From IMG/VR virus record IMGVR_UViG_3300025853_000005, positions 1 to 48,785 of that record: DNA of 48,785 nt. One strand, given 5' to 3'. A model generated the notes under the pieces. It was not told the origin of the DNA. It was given only the letters and a program-made list of their open reading frames with translations, and did not search any database. The position numbers were made by a program, and so were the translations under genes. Position 1 is the first letter of the stretch. Each line of letters begins with the position of its first letter. Of the stretch, positions 1 through 9,792 are shown in pieces. The stretch is from a virus (lineage: Duplodnaviria > Caudoviricetes).

Positions 1-127
1 CTCCTGTTGTTATTGTCCCACCATTTTACACAATTCCGCCAGTCTGTCAACACTAAGTTACGAAAAGTGAAACTAACTCGCAATATATGACAGCTCACGG
101 TACTATTAGTACGCTAGTTCGCAATAC
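1..127. repeat. 127-bp terminal direct repeat (copy 1); circular-assembly overlap
   Basis: 1-127 (ctcctgttgt...gcaatac) is identical to 48659-48785; 127 is a common assembler k-mer. Confidence 0.95.
23..50 (-). promoter_or_regulatory. sigma70-type promoter for the DUF3127/SSB gene (same site as 48681-48708)
   Basis: Minus strand TTGACA-N16-TAAAAT, followed by AGGAG RBS and ATG at 48652. Confidence 0.7.
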
Positions 128-140
128 ATTAAGACTTAAC

Positions 141-368
141 CTACACATATTCTAGCATCGCGCTCAGATAAAAGTACGTCTCCTTGCTGATTTCCCGCCA
201 ATCGGTGCAGTCGCGCACCAGAACCCGGCAAGTATCGCCAACCTTGTGAAGCGTGATGTGTCCAATCGGCGCTATAATATCTCCGCAACCCAATGTTTGT
301 ACCATAACGTGGGTCGTCGCGCTGTCAGATGTTACAATTTTGTTACTTTCTTCCGGTGCCCAACACAT
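141..368 (-). CDS. hypothetical protein (75 aa)
   Basis: GGAGA RBS upstream; last of several small minus-strand ORFs in 141-583. Confidence 0.55.
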   Translation of the reverse strand: MCWAPEESNKIVTSDSATTHVMVQTLGCGDIIAPIGHITLHKVGDTCRVLVRDCTDWREISKETYFYLSAMLEYV

Positions 369-667
369 ATTATTTCTCCCATGCCCAATCTTTATACTCG
401 AAGCTCATGCCAACGCCATTCACGAACGCATGTATCTCCCTCGAAACGCGCAACTGGTCGAGAACGCTCACCGCGAATATCCCAACCAACAGCGCAATCA
501 TCATCTTGTCTGCCTTTCTCACTTCGCCTTCCTCCGTTTTGCTTTAATCGCCTCTCGCATCGCCTTAATCTCGTCGTAGTCCATAAAGGAGTGAGTCGGG
601 CAACTATACAATTTATATCCACTACTACACATCACTAGCTTCTTTTTGCACCGGGGGCAGTTCATGA

Positions 668-1363
668 TTAAGTACCTTTATATGCAAACTCTCCGAAGTA
701 TCTCTCTTCAGCGCTTATTCTGGCTTTAACAGCCTCATCAAATGTTTTAAAGAGTCCAAGGTGCTTCTGTCTTGAGTTTATATTAATATACGCTCGATAC
801 CCCTTCCCAAATGCAGATACACCTGCTTTACCAGATGTGTTGCTTTTTTGAAGTTTCATGTTCCTAGAGTTTTCTATGGACGTACATACCCGCAGATTTG
901 ATCTGCGATTATCCAACCCATTATGGTTTAGGTGGTCAACAACCATGATATCTGAAGATCCCGTCAGGACTCTGTGGATAAATTTATTCTTGTTATCAAC
1001 TTTGATTGTCGCATATTTCGACTTTCTTCCTCTCGCAACAGTTATTCTTCCGCCATACTTCTGTTTCAATAAAAGGTAATCGTTCGTATCAATAAGCATA
1101 ACAGACTTTGGATTATTAGTTGTTGATACGTCAACTTCGAGATAATTGTCATACCACGCAACAATCTCATTACCGATCCTTCCTGCACACTTAGGGCACC
1201 CTCTGTTCTTATTAATTATATTGTCAGGGGTTCCCGTCCACTCATAACCATCTAGCAAACACTTGAACCATATTTTTGATTTAGCGCTAATATACTCTTC
1301 GGTTGCAACCAAATCCCTGCCCTCTATCTGCTTTAGAAATTCCTGATTCGTTTTCTTTTTCAT
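668..1363 (-). CDS. HNH homing endonuclease with N-terminal Zn-ribbon and C-terminal AP2 domain
   Basis: FKC...GCPKC Zn motif; VVDHLNHNGLDNRRSNLR HNH; SGKAGVS...YRAYI...HLGLF...EA AP2; AT-rich. Confidence 0.9.
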   Translation of the reverse strand: MKKKTNQEFLKQIEGRDLVATEEYISAKSKIWFKCLLDGYEWTGTPDNIINKNRGCPKCAGRIGNEIVAWYDNYLEVDVSTTNNPKSVMLIDTNDYLLLKQKYGGRITVARGRKSKYATIKVDNKNKFIHRVLTGSSDIMVVDHLNHNGLDNRRSNLRVCTSIENSRNMKLQKSNTSGKAGVSAFGKGYRAYININSRQKHLGLFKTFDEAVKARISAEERYFGEFAYKGT

Positions 1364-1909
1364 CTACAAACCCTCCAACGGCCCTTTCTCCACAACAACA
1401 ACCTCCGCCTCCTTAATCGCCCCATCAATAAGCGAATCAAGCATCGACGCGCCCAACTCCTTGTGCTTGCTCTGGTTCAAACTCTGCGTAATCTTCAGCA
1501 TCGTGTCAGCAACACGCGCCTTCTCCGTAGCGCTCGAATCCTGCAAGTCCTCGTAGGTTATCATCGAGATCGCCTCAACAGCCCGACTCTCAGCTATCCG
1601 CGTGATAAAAGCCTTCTTCGCGTCCGCTGTAACCCGAAACGTGTGGTCAGGATCAATCCGCTTGATAATCTTAGAAACGGCAGGTTGACCCAATCCAAAC
1701 ATCTTCGCGATATAGCGTTGCCCATAACCGCAAGCATACGCGCACATAATCCCCTGATCCCTCGGACTCTCACTCTTAATCTTCGGGTAGTTTACCAAAT
1801 CCTCGGCAGTCATCACATCGCTCGCAAGCATCAGATTCTCGGTTTCCCCCAAGTCCTCCTCTTCCGGTACTATATTCTTCCCAACATCATATGTCTTTCT
1901 TATCGGCAT
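1364..1909 (-). CDS. HTH DNA-binding protein; terminase small subunit candidate
   Basis: HTH-like GYGQRYIAKMFGLGQPAVSKIIKR followed by helical region; upstream of TerL on the same strand across the circular junction (TerS role is inference). Confidence 0.55.
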   Translation of the reverse strand: MPIRKTYDVGKNIVPEEEDLGETENLMLASDVMTAEDLVNYPKIKSESPRDQGIMCAYACGYGQRYIAKMFGLGQPAVSKIIKRIDPDHTFRVTADAKKAFITRIAESRAVEAISMITYEDLQDSSATEKARVADTMLKITQSLNQSKHKELGASMLDSLIDGAIKEAEVVVVEKGPLEGL

Positions 1910-2314
1910 TTATCGCTCTCCATCACTATTAACCCACGTACCGTTATCAGACAGTTCAATATATTTAGCTGTTAATAACTCACCCGCCACACCAATGTTC
2001 GGAACATCTCCGTATGCAATATTAGCATAACCTCTATCTCCAATTTCTATCAGCGAGTATTGCGGTATAACCTCGTCACCTCTCATGTGAATAATCTTAG
2101 TATCCGCCTTTATCGCTCCCTCCCGAATCCTTTCTATTGACTGAGTAATCGTGTCGCTACAATCATTGCAAAACTCATGTAAGGTCTCAATGCTACCAAA
2201 TCTATCAATCTGCATTGAGTGCATATGCTCGCCTCTATACATGCTATTTCCGTCTGCATAATCCATCTCTCGACCGCATATATCGCATAGTATTGTTGTT
2301 GTTGTTTTAATCAT
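1910..2314 (-). CDS. hypothetical protein with CxxC...CxxC Zn-finger
   Basis: CDIC...CNDC; start moved to ATG 2314, which follows an AAGGAG RBS. Confidence 0.7.
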   Translation of the reverse strand: MIKTTTTILCDICGREMDYADGNSMYRGEHMHSMQIDRFGSIETLHEFCNDCSDTITQSIERIREGAIKADTKIIHMRGDEVIPQYSLIEIGDRGYANIAYGDVPNIGVAGELLTAKYIELSDNGTWVNSDGER

Positions 2315-2340
2315 TATCGCTCTCCTTTGTTTGTCCCACC

Positions 2341-2368
2341 AATATACTCCTTTCCGAGCGCTTGTCAA
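2341..2368 (-). promoter_or_regulatory. leftward sigma70-type promoter opening the minus-strand arm
   Basis: TTGACA-N16-TATATT on the minus strand. Confidence 0.65.
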
Positions 2369-2405
2369 GCACTCAATTTAAACTTTCCTTTTACTGTGAT
2401 TTAAC

Positions 2406-2434
2406 TTGACATTACTAAGGAATAACGGTATAAA
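2406..2434 (+). promoter_or_regulatory. rightward sigma70-type promoter
   Basis: TTGACA(2406-2411)-N17-TATAAA(2429-2434). Confidence 0.75.
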
Positions 2435-2440
2435 CGAGGC

Positions 2441-2929
2441 ATGAAAGAGATAATATGTAGCACAGGTGAGAGACGTAAATCATATAAAGCCTACCTAAAA
2501 ACCGACCACTGGCTTAATAAGCGTATCCGGTTAATCGCAATTGCAAATAGAACATGTTCGGATTGCGGTAAGCAATACAAGAAGAATCAATGTCTAGCCC
2601 TGCACCACCTAACCTACGCACGAATCGGTAACGAATTAGATGAGGACATCGTTGTAATCTGCCACAAGTGCCACGGTCTGCGCCATCCAGATAAGAAAGT
2701 GAAGAAGGTTAAGAAGAAAACCACCCGCGCCAAACCAAAAGCAAAGAAGAAGCCAAAGAAGTATATAAAGAAACCCTCCGAGTTTTCGCAAAGTCAGAAA
2801 GTAAAGCGCGTTGCTGACAGAAGGCCATTATCACCCGGCATGTTAAAGAACGATAAAGGTGGAAAGATATCCAAGCAACAGCTTGAACTTCGCGCTCGGT
2901 TCAATAAGATCATGGAAACTGAGTTATGA
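2441..2929 (+). CDS. HNH endonuclease (CxxC-HH-CxxCH type) with Lys-rich C-terminus
   Basis: YKAYLKTDHW...CSDCG...LALHHLTY...ICHKCH. Confidence 0.85.
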   Translation: MKEIICSTGERRKSYKAYLKTDHWLNKRIRLIAIANRTCSDCGKQYKKNQCLALHHLTYARIGNELDEDIVVICHKCHGLRHPDKKVKKVKKKTTRAKPKAKKKPKKYIKKPSEFSQSQKVKRVADRRPLSPGMLKNDKGGKISKQQLELRARFNKIMETEL

Positions 2930-3105
2930 TTTTTTCCCTTCCACTTTCTTTTCGCTTTGCTTTGCCTTTCTATTCAAACGCCCATTTGATTTCTAAGGCA
3001 AAGTTGCGTCGTATAATTCCAGCGCTTTTGACCACCAAAACAGGCTACGATAATCAACTATAGAGCGCCCGCTGAAAAATAATTGCTAAAAACGTAATTT
3101 TTATC

Positions 3106-3133
3106 TTGACACGACCTCTTCCGCCTGTATAAT
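3106..3133 (+). promoter_or_regulatory. consensus sigma70 promoter facing the non-coding region
   Basis: TTGACA(3106-3111)-N16-TATAAT(3128-3133), AT-rich upstream. Confidence 0.75.
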
Positions 3134-4122
3134 GCGTGTTGAAGCGAAGCGAAAACACAAGAGGTGAGGCTTAAGGAGCGAACCTCCCCGCAAAGTTTAC
3201 AGCGAATCAGTTTTCCACCCGCAAGTGATTCCACTCGATACACCAACTCCGTAGCTTATAACAACGCCAAAATAACCCAAAAATAATTTTGCGATGCCTC
3301 TCCTCCCACGCCACCCGCCCCCGAGGGGGTAACGCCCCCCACGCCCGGCACACGGTTGCGATGATCGGCACAATGGCGAACGCAATGACAATGCGGTTGA
3401 TGCGTTGTCAGTGGCACCATGCAGACGGTTCGCGAGCCTGCACAGCACAGCACCGGAGCAGGCGTGATGGCATCGATGGGTTGCGGTTCATTCGTGCGGC
3501 AGTCAGCGCGCTAACACGGTGCAGGCTGACCTGGCCGGCGGATGAATCGGGGCGGATGTCGGACAATCGGTATGGGTTCGGGCGAATTAACCCTCTGAGA
3601 ATCGCACGGTTGAAGTGGACGTGCCCAATTGCCCAACGGATGCGCTCTCGATGAGTTGAGCGGCGGTTCAGTCGGCCAGTCTGGGGGCGCGGCGGATCAA
3701 TCGGGCTGTTCACGCGATCAATCGGCAGGCCAGTCGCGCGGCATCGGAGCCATCGCGCAATGAACCGGACGCAACGTGCGCACAATGTGTGTACAGCATG
3801 GGACGCATCCCTCCACCCCTACCCTGCACCCCTTCAATCGGTTTGTTGATGTGATTTTGGCAGATTGAACAGCTCGAGAGTTGTGCCTCATTTGGGGTAC
3901 AGTTGGGCTGTATTCCTGATTGGTTGGTGGTGGGTATTCCGCGCAAATTGATTTTCGGAGGGTGTCACCTAACTTTATTTCGATTTATTTTCATGCATTT
4001 GGGGCAATGATAGAAGCATATTGTGTAAACCGTGAAATTTAGTGCTTGGTTAATTATGCCTGTTTGCTACTTTCTATTTATTCCAAGGGCGGGAATTCAC
4101 TCGCGGGAATCGGAGTCAGATT

Positions 4123-4284
4123 ATGAAACCTAGTTGGATGGAGTCAGACCAGAAAGCCGCGCAAGATCGCAAGGAGCGTGTTGTGGCGCGTTTAGTTGGA
4201 ACAAAGAACACAGAGCGAGATGACGACCTTGACAGGGAAGAGTCTTATCAGGATTTAATGGAAGGCACAGGACGGTATTTCTAG
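4123..4284 (+). CDS. small early hypothetical protein (53 aa; not in ORF track)
   Basis: GGAG RBS; MKPSWMESDQ...GTGRYF*; abuts next ORF. Confidence 0.5.
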   Translation: MKPSWMESDQKAAQDRKERVVARLVGTKNTERDDDLDREESYQDLMEGTGRYF

Positions 4285-4286
4285 TC

Positions 4287-4568
4287 ATGGCAAGCGAACA
4301 ACAACCGGAGAACGGAATGAACGAGATAATCACAACGCAAGGAATAGAGTTTATTAAAAGCGAGCTAATGACGCTTGCGATGGATAATCAATATGTTGTT
4401 AAGTATAACACTGTGTATCTTGCGGTTTATACTAAAAATGCAGGTGCGCGACTTGAAAAGGTCTACAGGAGCCGTGGTGATTTACCACTCACAAAGCGCG
4501 GACGGTATCACACAATGGATTATAAGCGCGTAAATAAGTTATTAGGGTTTGAATTATTAATAGGATAA
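4287..4568 (+). CDS. early hypothetical protein
   Basis: ORF in co-oriented early cluster. Confidence 0.7.
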   Translation: MASEQQPENGMNEIITTQGIEFIKSELMTLAMDNQYVVKYNTVYLAVYTKNAGARLEKVYRSRGDLPLTKRGRYHTMDYKRVNKLLGFELLIG

Positions 4569-4634
4569 AAAAGGCAGTTTCGCAACGTACTCCAGAATTA
4601 AAATGGCATAAATAACCCCGGAAAGGAAAAACCA

Positions 4635-4931
4635 ATGAAAACGAAAACAATTGAAGTACAGGCAAAGATGCACAGAGATAGCGGAAACACTTATTTTTCA
4701 GCCCGTATCTATAAAGACGGGAAACTGTTTAAAACACTTCCCTTTCAATATGGGTATGGAGAACAATATCTCTATGAAGCAGGTCAGGCAATCGGATTAG
4801 ACTCTGATTCAATGCTTTGGAGTCATTGTAGGGATCGCGGCATCGAATTGATTCACAGCGCCGATTATAAGACTGGTAACGGGTATTCTGAGCGGTATTT
4901 AAAAGAATGGGCAAAAGTGGAGGGTGAATAG
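4635..4931 (+). CDS. early hypothetical protein
   Basis: AAAGGA RBS; GNTYFSARI...PFQYGYG motif. Confidence 0.8.
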   Translation: MKTKTIEVQAKMHRDSGNTYFSARIYKDGKLFKTLPFQYGYGEQYLYEAGQAIGLDSDSMLWSHCRDRGIELIHSADYKTGNGYSERYLKEWAKVEGE

Positions 4932-5171
4932 ATGAAAATGGAATTTAAAAAGGGTGATATTATCCACTTTCAAAACTACACAGACCGTAGGATAAAAGCC
5001 AAGGTATTGAGCGCAAATTTTAAACGCTCGTTTGGCCCGTCAAATAGCAAGCGCGTTGTTTATGGTTTAGAAGGGATTAGTAGTCCACTTGTAACGATAA
5101 CAGGCCCGAAAAGCATAGAAGAAAGCCGCTTCTTTTCCCCTGTAGCACCTGAGGACGCATTTAAGGACTAA
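4932..5171 (+). CDS. hypothetical protein
   Basis: GGAGG RBS, translationally coupled. Confidence 0.7.
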   Translation: MKMEFKKGDIIHFQNYTDRRIKAKVLSANFKRSFGPSNSKRVVYGLEGISSPLVTITGPKSIEESRFFSPVAPEDAFKD

Positions 5172-5248
5172 CCCCTAGCCCCCAAGCCCCGACCGCCTGA
5201 GCCTAAACCGCTTGGGCTTTCGTGGTGTAAACTAAAAGGAGCAAGCGA

Positions 5249-5461
5249 ATGAACGAGCTAACAGTATTACAAACAAACTACAACAGCGTTGAAAAATTAA
5301 TCAAAACCATGCCGGGAATGGATTATATAACGCTTCGGTACTGCCTTAACACTGGGAAACAATTAAGAAAGGATGCTAAAACGAGAGATGATCAGGATAA
5401 AGCTACAAAATTAATGATTGAAGCTACTGCATACCTAAATAAAAAGGAGCGCACCAAATGA
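5249..5461 (+). CDS. hypothetical protein
   Basis: AAGGAG RBS. Confidence 0.7.
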   Translation: MNELTVLQTNYNSVEKLIKTMPGMDYITLRYCLNTGKQLRKDAKTRDDQDKATKLMIEATAYLNKKERTK

Positions 5462-5629
5462 AAAGCAAACAGACAACCGGAGCGCATGAGGCTAGCATGT
5501 TAAGAGAATGGAATAAAAGAAAAGGGTTGCGCGTCACATTCAGCGCGTTCGACTTGTTCTTTCTGCTCCCAGTGCTGAGTCTGGGCGGGATCGTATTAGT
5601 TTTAATCTATGGATAAAGGAGGCGGGAAA

Positions 5630-5881
5630 ATGAGAAATTCAGTGGATGACCTACAGACTCGGAACATTGCGCTTGAGAATACTATACTTGCGCTCGGTGA
5701 AAAGTTGGAAAGAGCAGAGCAGGAAAGAGACGTTGCGGCATCAATCGCAGTTGAACGTGGAAAAACGGTAAAGCGGTTAGCTGAGAAGATCGAAGGGTTA
5801 GAGCTAGGCATTACAGATGCTTTAATCATGTTCAGCCGCGCTATGGATGAACTTAGAAGCGTATTAAAGGAGGGCGAATAG
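5630..5881 (+). CDS. coiled-coil hypothetical protein
   Basis: AGGAGG RBS before ATG 5630; heptad pattern. Confidence 0.7.
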   Translation: MRNSVDDLQTRNIALENTILALGEKLERAEQERDVAASIAVERGKTVKRLAEKIEGLELGITDALIMFSRAMDELRSVLKEGE

Positions 5882-6085
5882 ATGAAGCATAAAAAAGCGA
5901 TTGCAATTCAGTTAGGATACTGCGCAAAAGAGGCTCAGGATGAATTCGCCCGGCGTTCGCATTGTCACAAAGATATTGCGGAGTTGGTTCTACTCGACAT
6001 CCTCAAAAACATGGTTGCGGAAATTGAGCGGAAGAAAAGCGCAAAGCAGTTCTGGCGGTGGGGATTCTACCGGAAAAATAAATAA
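5882..6085 (+). CDS. hypothetical protein
   Basis: GGAGG RBS, coupled. Confidence 0.65.
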   Translation: MKHKKAIAIQLGYCAKEAQDEFARRSHCHKDIAELVLLDILKNMVAEIERKKSAKQFWRWGFYRKNK

Positions 6086-6103
6086 AACAAAGGAGCATGA
6101 AAA

Positions 6104-6361
6104 ATGAAAAATAAAATGACAGTAAGAATGAGTGTTGAGAAAAAGGGTTTAAACGGGATTGAGAAAATGACAAAAACAGAATTGCGTGATGTTTCAATGG
6201 GGCCGAATCAATTCAATGCTAACAGCTATGGAGAATGGTGCCAATTGGAAGCCAAAAGAATGGGCGGCGGGGCTGTATACCATGAAGAACTACGGGAATA
6301 TGCAGATGGTTCTCAGCGGTGGTGGTGCAGAGTGGAAAAAGTGTTAGCACCTGCAAATTAA
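6104..6361 (+). CDS. hypothetical protein
   Basis: AAGGAG RBS. Confidence 0.7.
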   Translation: MKNKMTVRMSVEKKGLNGIEKMTKTELRDVSMGPNQFNANSYGEWCQLEAKRMGGGAVYHEELREYADGSQRWWCRVEKVLAPAN

Positions 6362-6437
6362 TTCGCGCATATGTAAAAAAAAGGGTTGCGCGGTTCTATG
6401 AGCGTGTTAAGTTAAGCGAATCAAAGGAGAAAATCAA

Positions 6438-6794
6438 ATGACAAGGTACGGAAGTGAATACGATGGAAGCGATCACGGGCAATGGGACGGCACAAATGAG
6501 GCTTGTTCATTCTGCGATGATAGCGATTGCGTTGAATATAACGGTGACTGGATGTGTCTCTCATGCCTAGAGAATATGTTTTACAACGAAATCGAGGAAA
6601 TCGCGGAGGGATACCTTTCAGAAAAGAACGGCTGTGTTGAGGCAATCGAAAACGCGATGGGTTGGATGCAGGTCGAGCTGATCGAATCTCCCAAGCATTG
6701 CGATTTTATCGGGTTCAAACTCGTTTTCCAAGATGACGAGCGAGAAACACTTGTGAGAGAATTGGAAAGCTACAAAAACAAGGAGTACAAATAA
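6438..6794 (+). CDS. acidic hypothetical protein with CxxC pairs
   Basis: CSFC...CLSC; AAGGAG RBS. Confidence 0.75.
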   Translation: MTRYGSEYDGSDHGQWDGTNEACSFCDDSDCVEYNGDWMCLSCLENMFYNEIEEIAEGYLSEKNGCVEAIENAMGWMQVELIESPKHCDFIGFKLVFQDDERETLVRELESYKNKEYK

Positions 6795-7480
6795 TGGTTA
6801 AATACTATCACGACATGATTCAAGGCGGTGATGATTGGTATAAAATCCGCCTTGGGTTGGTTACAGCATCGGAAATCAATATTCTTTTGACTCCATCCGG
6901 GAAACTGGCGAAAAATCAGAAGATGCGCGACCATGCTTGCGAGATTGCAAGTCAGCGCGAACTAAACGAGGTTGAGGACTCATTCCAAAGCTATCATATG
7001 GTGCGCGGACATATTCAAGAGGCGATTGCGCGGGATATTTACAGCGACAACTTCGATGATGTGCAGGAGTGCGGGTTTATCACGGATGATAGCCTTGGTT
7101 TTAAAATCGGTTGCTCTCCTGATGGGTTGGTTGGTGAAAATGGCATGATTGAGATTAAATCACGCATAGCAAAGCATCAAGTCAGTACAATTATCAAAGG
7201 TGAGGTGCCTGAAGAGTACGTGAACCAAATTCAGGCGGCATTATTCATCTCGGATCGGTCTTGGTGTGATTTTGTCCAGTATTCAAACGGGATGCCGCTA
7301 TTTGTTCAGCGCGTTCGGATTGACGGCGAAAGACAGGAGCTAATAATCGAGGCAATTCGTGCTTTTGAGCTTGAAGTTGAGCGGATTAGAGAGGACTATC
7401 GGAAGAAATCAAGTATTCTCGTTCAATGCGAACGGGTGGATATGTCAGAAGATGACGAAATAAGCGAATCAAAGGAGTAA
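6794..7480 (+). CDS. YqaJ/lambda-exonuclease family recombination nuclease
   Basis: QGGDDWYKIRLGLVTAS, GCSPDGL, IEIK, YVNQIQ, WCDFV motifs. Confidence 0.92.
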   Translation: MVKYYHDMIQGGDDWYKIRLGLVTASEINILLTPSGKLAKNQKMRDHACEIASQRELNEVEDSFQSYHMVRGHIQEAIARDIYSDNFDDVQECGFITDDSLGFKIGCSPDGLVGENGMIEIKSRIAKHQVSTIIKGEVPEEYVNQIQAALFISDRSWCDFVQYSNGMPLFVQRVRIDGERQELIIEAIRAFELEVERIREDYRKKSSILVQCERVDMSEDDEISESKE

Positions 7481-7481
7481 T

Positions 7482-8063
7482 ATGACAGACATTAGCCAGA
7501 CAGTAGTGCCGAAGAGTGACCAGATGAACGCTGACGACCTGATTGGAGGGTCGATCACCGTCAAGGTGAGCAAAGTTACCGTGAACGCATCGGATCAGCC
7601 TGTAAGCGTCCATTATGAGGGCGGAGATGGGCGACCTTTCAAACCTTGCAAGTCAATGCGCCGTGTTTTGATTCTCGCGTGGGGTTCAGATGGCGACAAT
7701 TACGTTGGGCGGTCAATGACGCTGTTCAATGATCCAAAGGTTAAATGGGCGGGGTCGGAGATTGGAGGTATCCGAATCAGCCACATGAGCCACATTGAAA
7801 GCAAGTTACGGATGATGTTGACCGAAACGCGAGGCAAGAAAGCACCATTCACAGTTGAACCGCTTGTAATTGAGGCGGGTAACGCGATGACAGACGATCA
7901 ATTCGCGGATTTCAATACGGCAATCAGTGACGCGGCAACAATGCCAGAGCTTCAGCTAGTCGGGCAGATGATTAAAGACGGGAAGTTTGATGACGTTGGA
8001 ACCAAGCGAATCAAATCGGTGTACTCGAAAGCGATGAAGGCGATGCGAGCGGACATAGACTAA
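7482..8063 (+). CDS. conserved phage protein; putative ssDNA-annealing/binding partner of the exonuclease
   Basis: PKSDQMNADDL...KPCKSMRRVL...GGIRISHMSH; function inferred from position. Confidence 0.6.
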   Translation: MTDISQTVVPKSDQMNADDLIGGSITVKVSKVTVNASDQPVSVHYEGGDGRPFKPCKSMRRVLILAWGSDGDNYVGRSMTLFNDPKVKWAGSEIGGIRISHMSHIESKLRMMLTETRGKKAPFTVEPLVIEAGNAMTDDQFADFNTAISDAATMPELQLVGQMIKDGKFDDVGTKRIKSVYSKAMKAMRADID

Positions 8064-8104
8064 AACCAACCAAGTCCCCGTCTTCGGGCGGGGCAAGGAG
8101 AATT

Positions 8105-8455
8105 ATGAGCAAGGAATTACAAGAAGCATTAGCGGAAATTATCAACCTAACGGTTCAGGGCAAGGATTTCATCTTGGATCAAGCACCGGATGTTATTCAG
8201 CAGTTGTTAGCGTGGGAATTTACCATTGGTCTCATCGGATTTGTTAGCGGAATATTGTTAACGCTTGCGTACTATCCGTGGACAAAAATTATTCTCAAAA
8301 TGCGTAAGAAGGATGAAGCGTGGGATTTTGCTTTTATCGGTCACTCATTTATTACTCTTACCATACTTTTAATAGTATACAACACACAATGGATTCAGAT
8401 TTTGATTGCGCCGAAAGTGTTCCTGCTAGAATATGCTGTTAATTTAATTGGTTAA
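8105..8455 (+). CDS. membrane protein (2 predicted TM segments)
   Basis: Two hydrophobic stretches; QAPDVIQQLL...APKVFLLEY. Confidence 0.8.
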   Translation: MSKELQEALAEIINLTVQGKDFILDQAPDVIQQLLAWEFTIGLIGFVSGILLTLAYYPWTKIILKMRKKDEAWDFAFIGHSFITLTILLIVYNTQWIQILIAPKVFLLEYAVNLIG

Positions 8456-8609
8456 ATAGAGGAGAATTATGAGCAAGCTATTGATAGGCATGGTGCTAGG
8501 CGTTGTAATATACTTTTCTGTCACAGTCGAACGTATAACAATATCGAACGTGAAGGGCGTGACAATCGCAACCGTTAGCAGAGAGTGGAAGTTTAAATAG
8601 GAGAATCAA

Positions 8610-8993
8610 ATGAGGGAAATCAAGTTCAGAGGCAAGGAAGTCGGTACGGGGATTTGGCGGTATGGATACCCTATTCAATTAATTGGCCCAAGTGGTAAAT
8701 TCGCAATTTATCCATTACTAGGAGGTGGAGGGTGGAGCGTAGACCCCGCCACGGTCGGGCAGTTCACAGGGTTGCGAGATAAAGAAGGGACGGAGATTTA
8801 CGAGGGGGATCGGGTTCGTTATAAGCACTATCTTAAAAGAATCAAAGAACCGACAGAAAGCGTTGTCTCTTTTCAAATATGCGGATTCAATCTTAATCCG
8901 AATAATACGGCTTGGAATGATTTTTCCTGCATGATCGTATTAAAGAAAGGCGGGGAAGTAATCGGCAACATCCACGACGAGGCGAGCGAGTGA
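8610..8993 (+). CDS. YopX family protein
   Basis: MREIKFRG...VGQFTGLRDKEGTEIYEGD...EVIGNIH. Confidence 0.92.
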   Translation: MREIKFRGKEVGTGIWRYGYPIQLIGPSGKFAIYPLLGGGGWSVDPATVGQFTGLRDKEGTEIYEGDRVRYKHYLKRIKEPTESVVSFQICGFNLNPNNTAWNDFSCMIVLKKGGEVIGNIHDEASE

Positions 8994-9792
8994 CCTGCCG
9001 CATTAAGTTCAGGCGAAACGGCGGCGAGGTCGAAACTGAAGAGTTCAGCGACTACGAAGAAATGATGAAGTTCTGGCGCAAACCGGAAATAGACCCGGTG
9101 TTCACTACGCCAAGACCAGAGAAAAAAGCGAAAAGGAGACGGAAATGAACGAGGAAAAGATAATCGATGAAGAACCATGCCCGCAATGCAACGGAACAGG
9201 GCTGTATCTAACCGACGCTCAGGCGCGGTATGGGGACGAGCCTCAACCGTGTTCAATGTGTAAGGGGGAGGACGGCGATGACGGGGAGAAAGTTGGTGAG
9301 TGAGTTTGAGGTGTGGTGGTACAACGAGGGAAGCGCAGGAAAGGCAAATGGTGTCGATTGGCACGATCATGTATATGAAATGTGCCGAATCGCTTGGGAG
9401 AATGGCGCGTACTGGGATAAATTCAAGGAGGACAAGCGATGACCGACCTAGACAATAATCTGGTGGCATGTTTCAGCGCTGACCAAGACGGGAGCAACAA
9501 GACGTTTACCGGATACATCAGCCAGCAAGAGGCGCAAGAGAAGTACCTTGGTGGGGATAAATGGGATGAGTGGGCGCAATCGGGCGTTTGTTTGATTAAG
9601 GAGAAAGGCGATGAGTAAAAATGTAACAATACCAAGAGAAGAACTTGCTGATATACAGAGTAATGTGGATTACTGGAAGGGCAGATTCTACGAAGCACAA
9701 GCCGCAAAGAGGTCTTTGATTAGGATGTGTAGTGAGGCTGTCAAATTGAGAAGAAAGGAGAGCGGCGATGAGTAGAAAGTTGAAGAAAGTAC

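Noticed and set aside
1-127. Biological terminal repeat
   Set aside because: The length equals a standard assembly k-mer and it falls inside a co-oriented gene run, so it is treated as a circularisation overlap.
3058-3946. Several overlapping 60-125 aa ORFs
   Set aside because: Arg/Gly-rich, no RBS and mutually overlapping; typical spurious ORFs of GC-rich DNA.
5168-5232. CTAAC followed by a CCCAAGC/GCTTGGG hairpin as an attC site
   Set aside because: No GTT core at the proper spacing; more likely an ordinary RNA hairpin.
8990-9780. Stop-codon recoding to explain fragmented small ORFs
   Set aside because: Large genes are intact in the standard code, all three stop codons terminate genes, and the small ORFs have their own RBSs.
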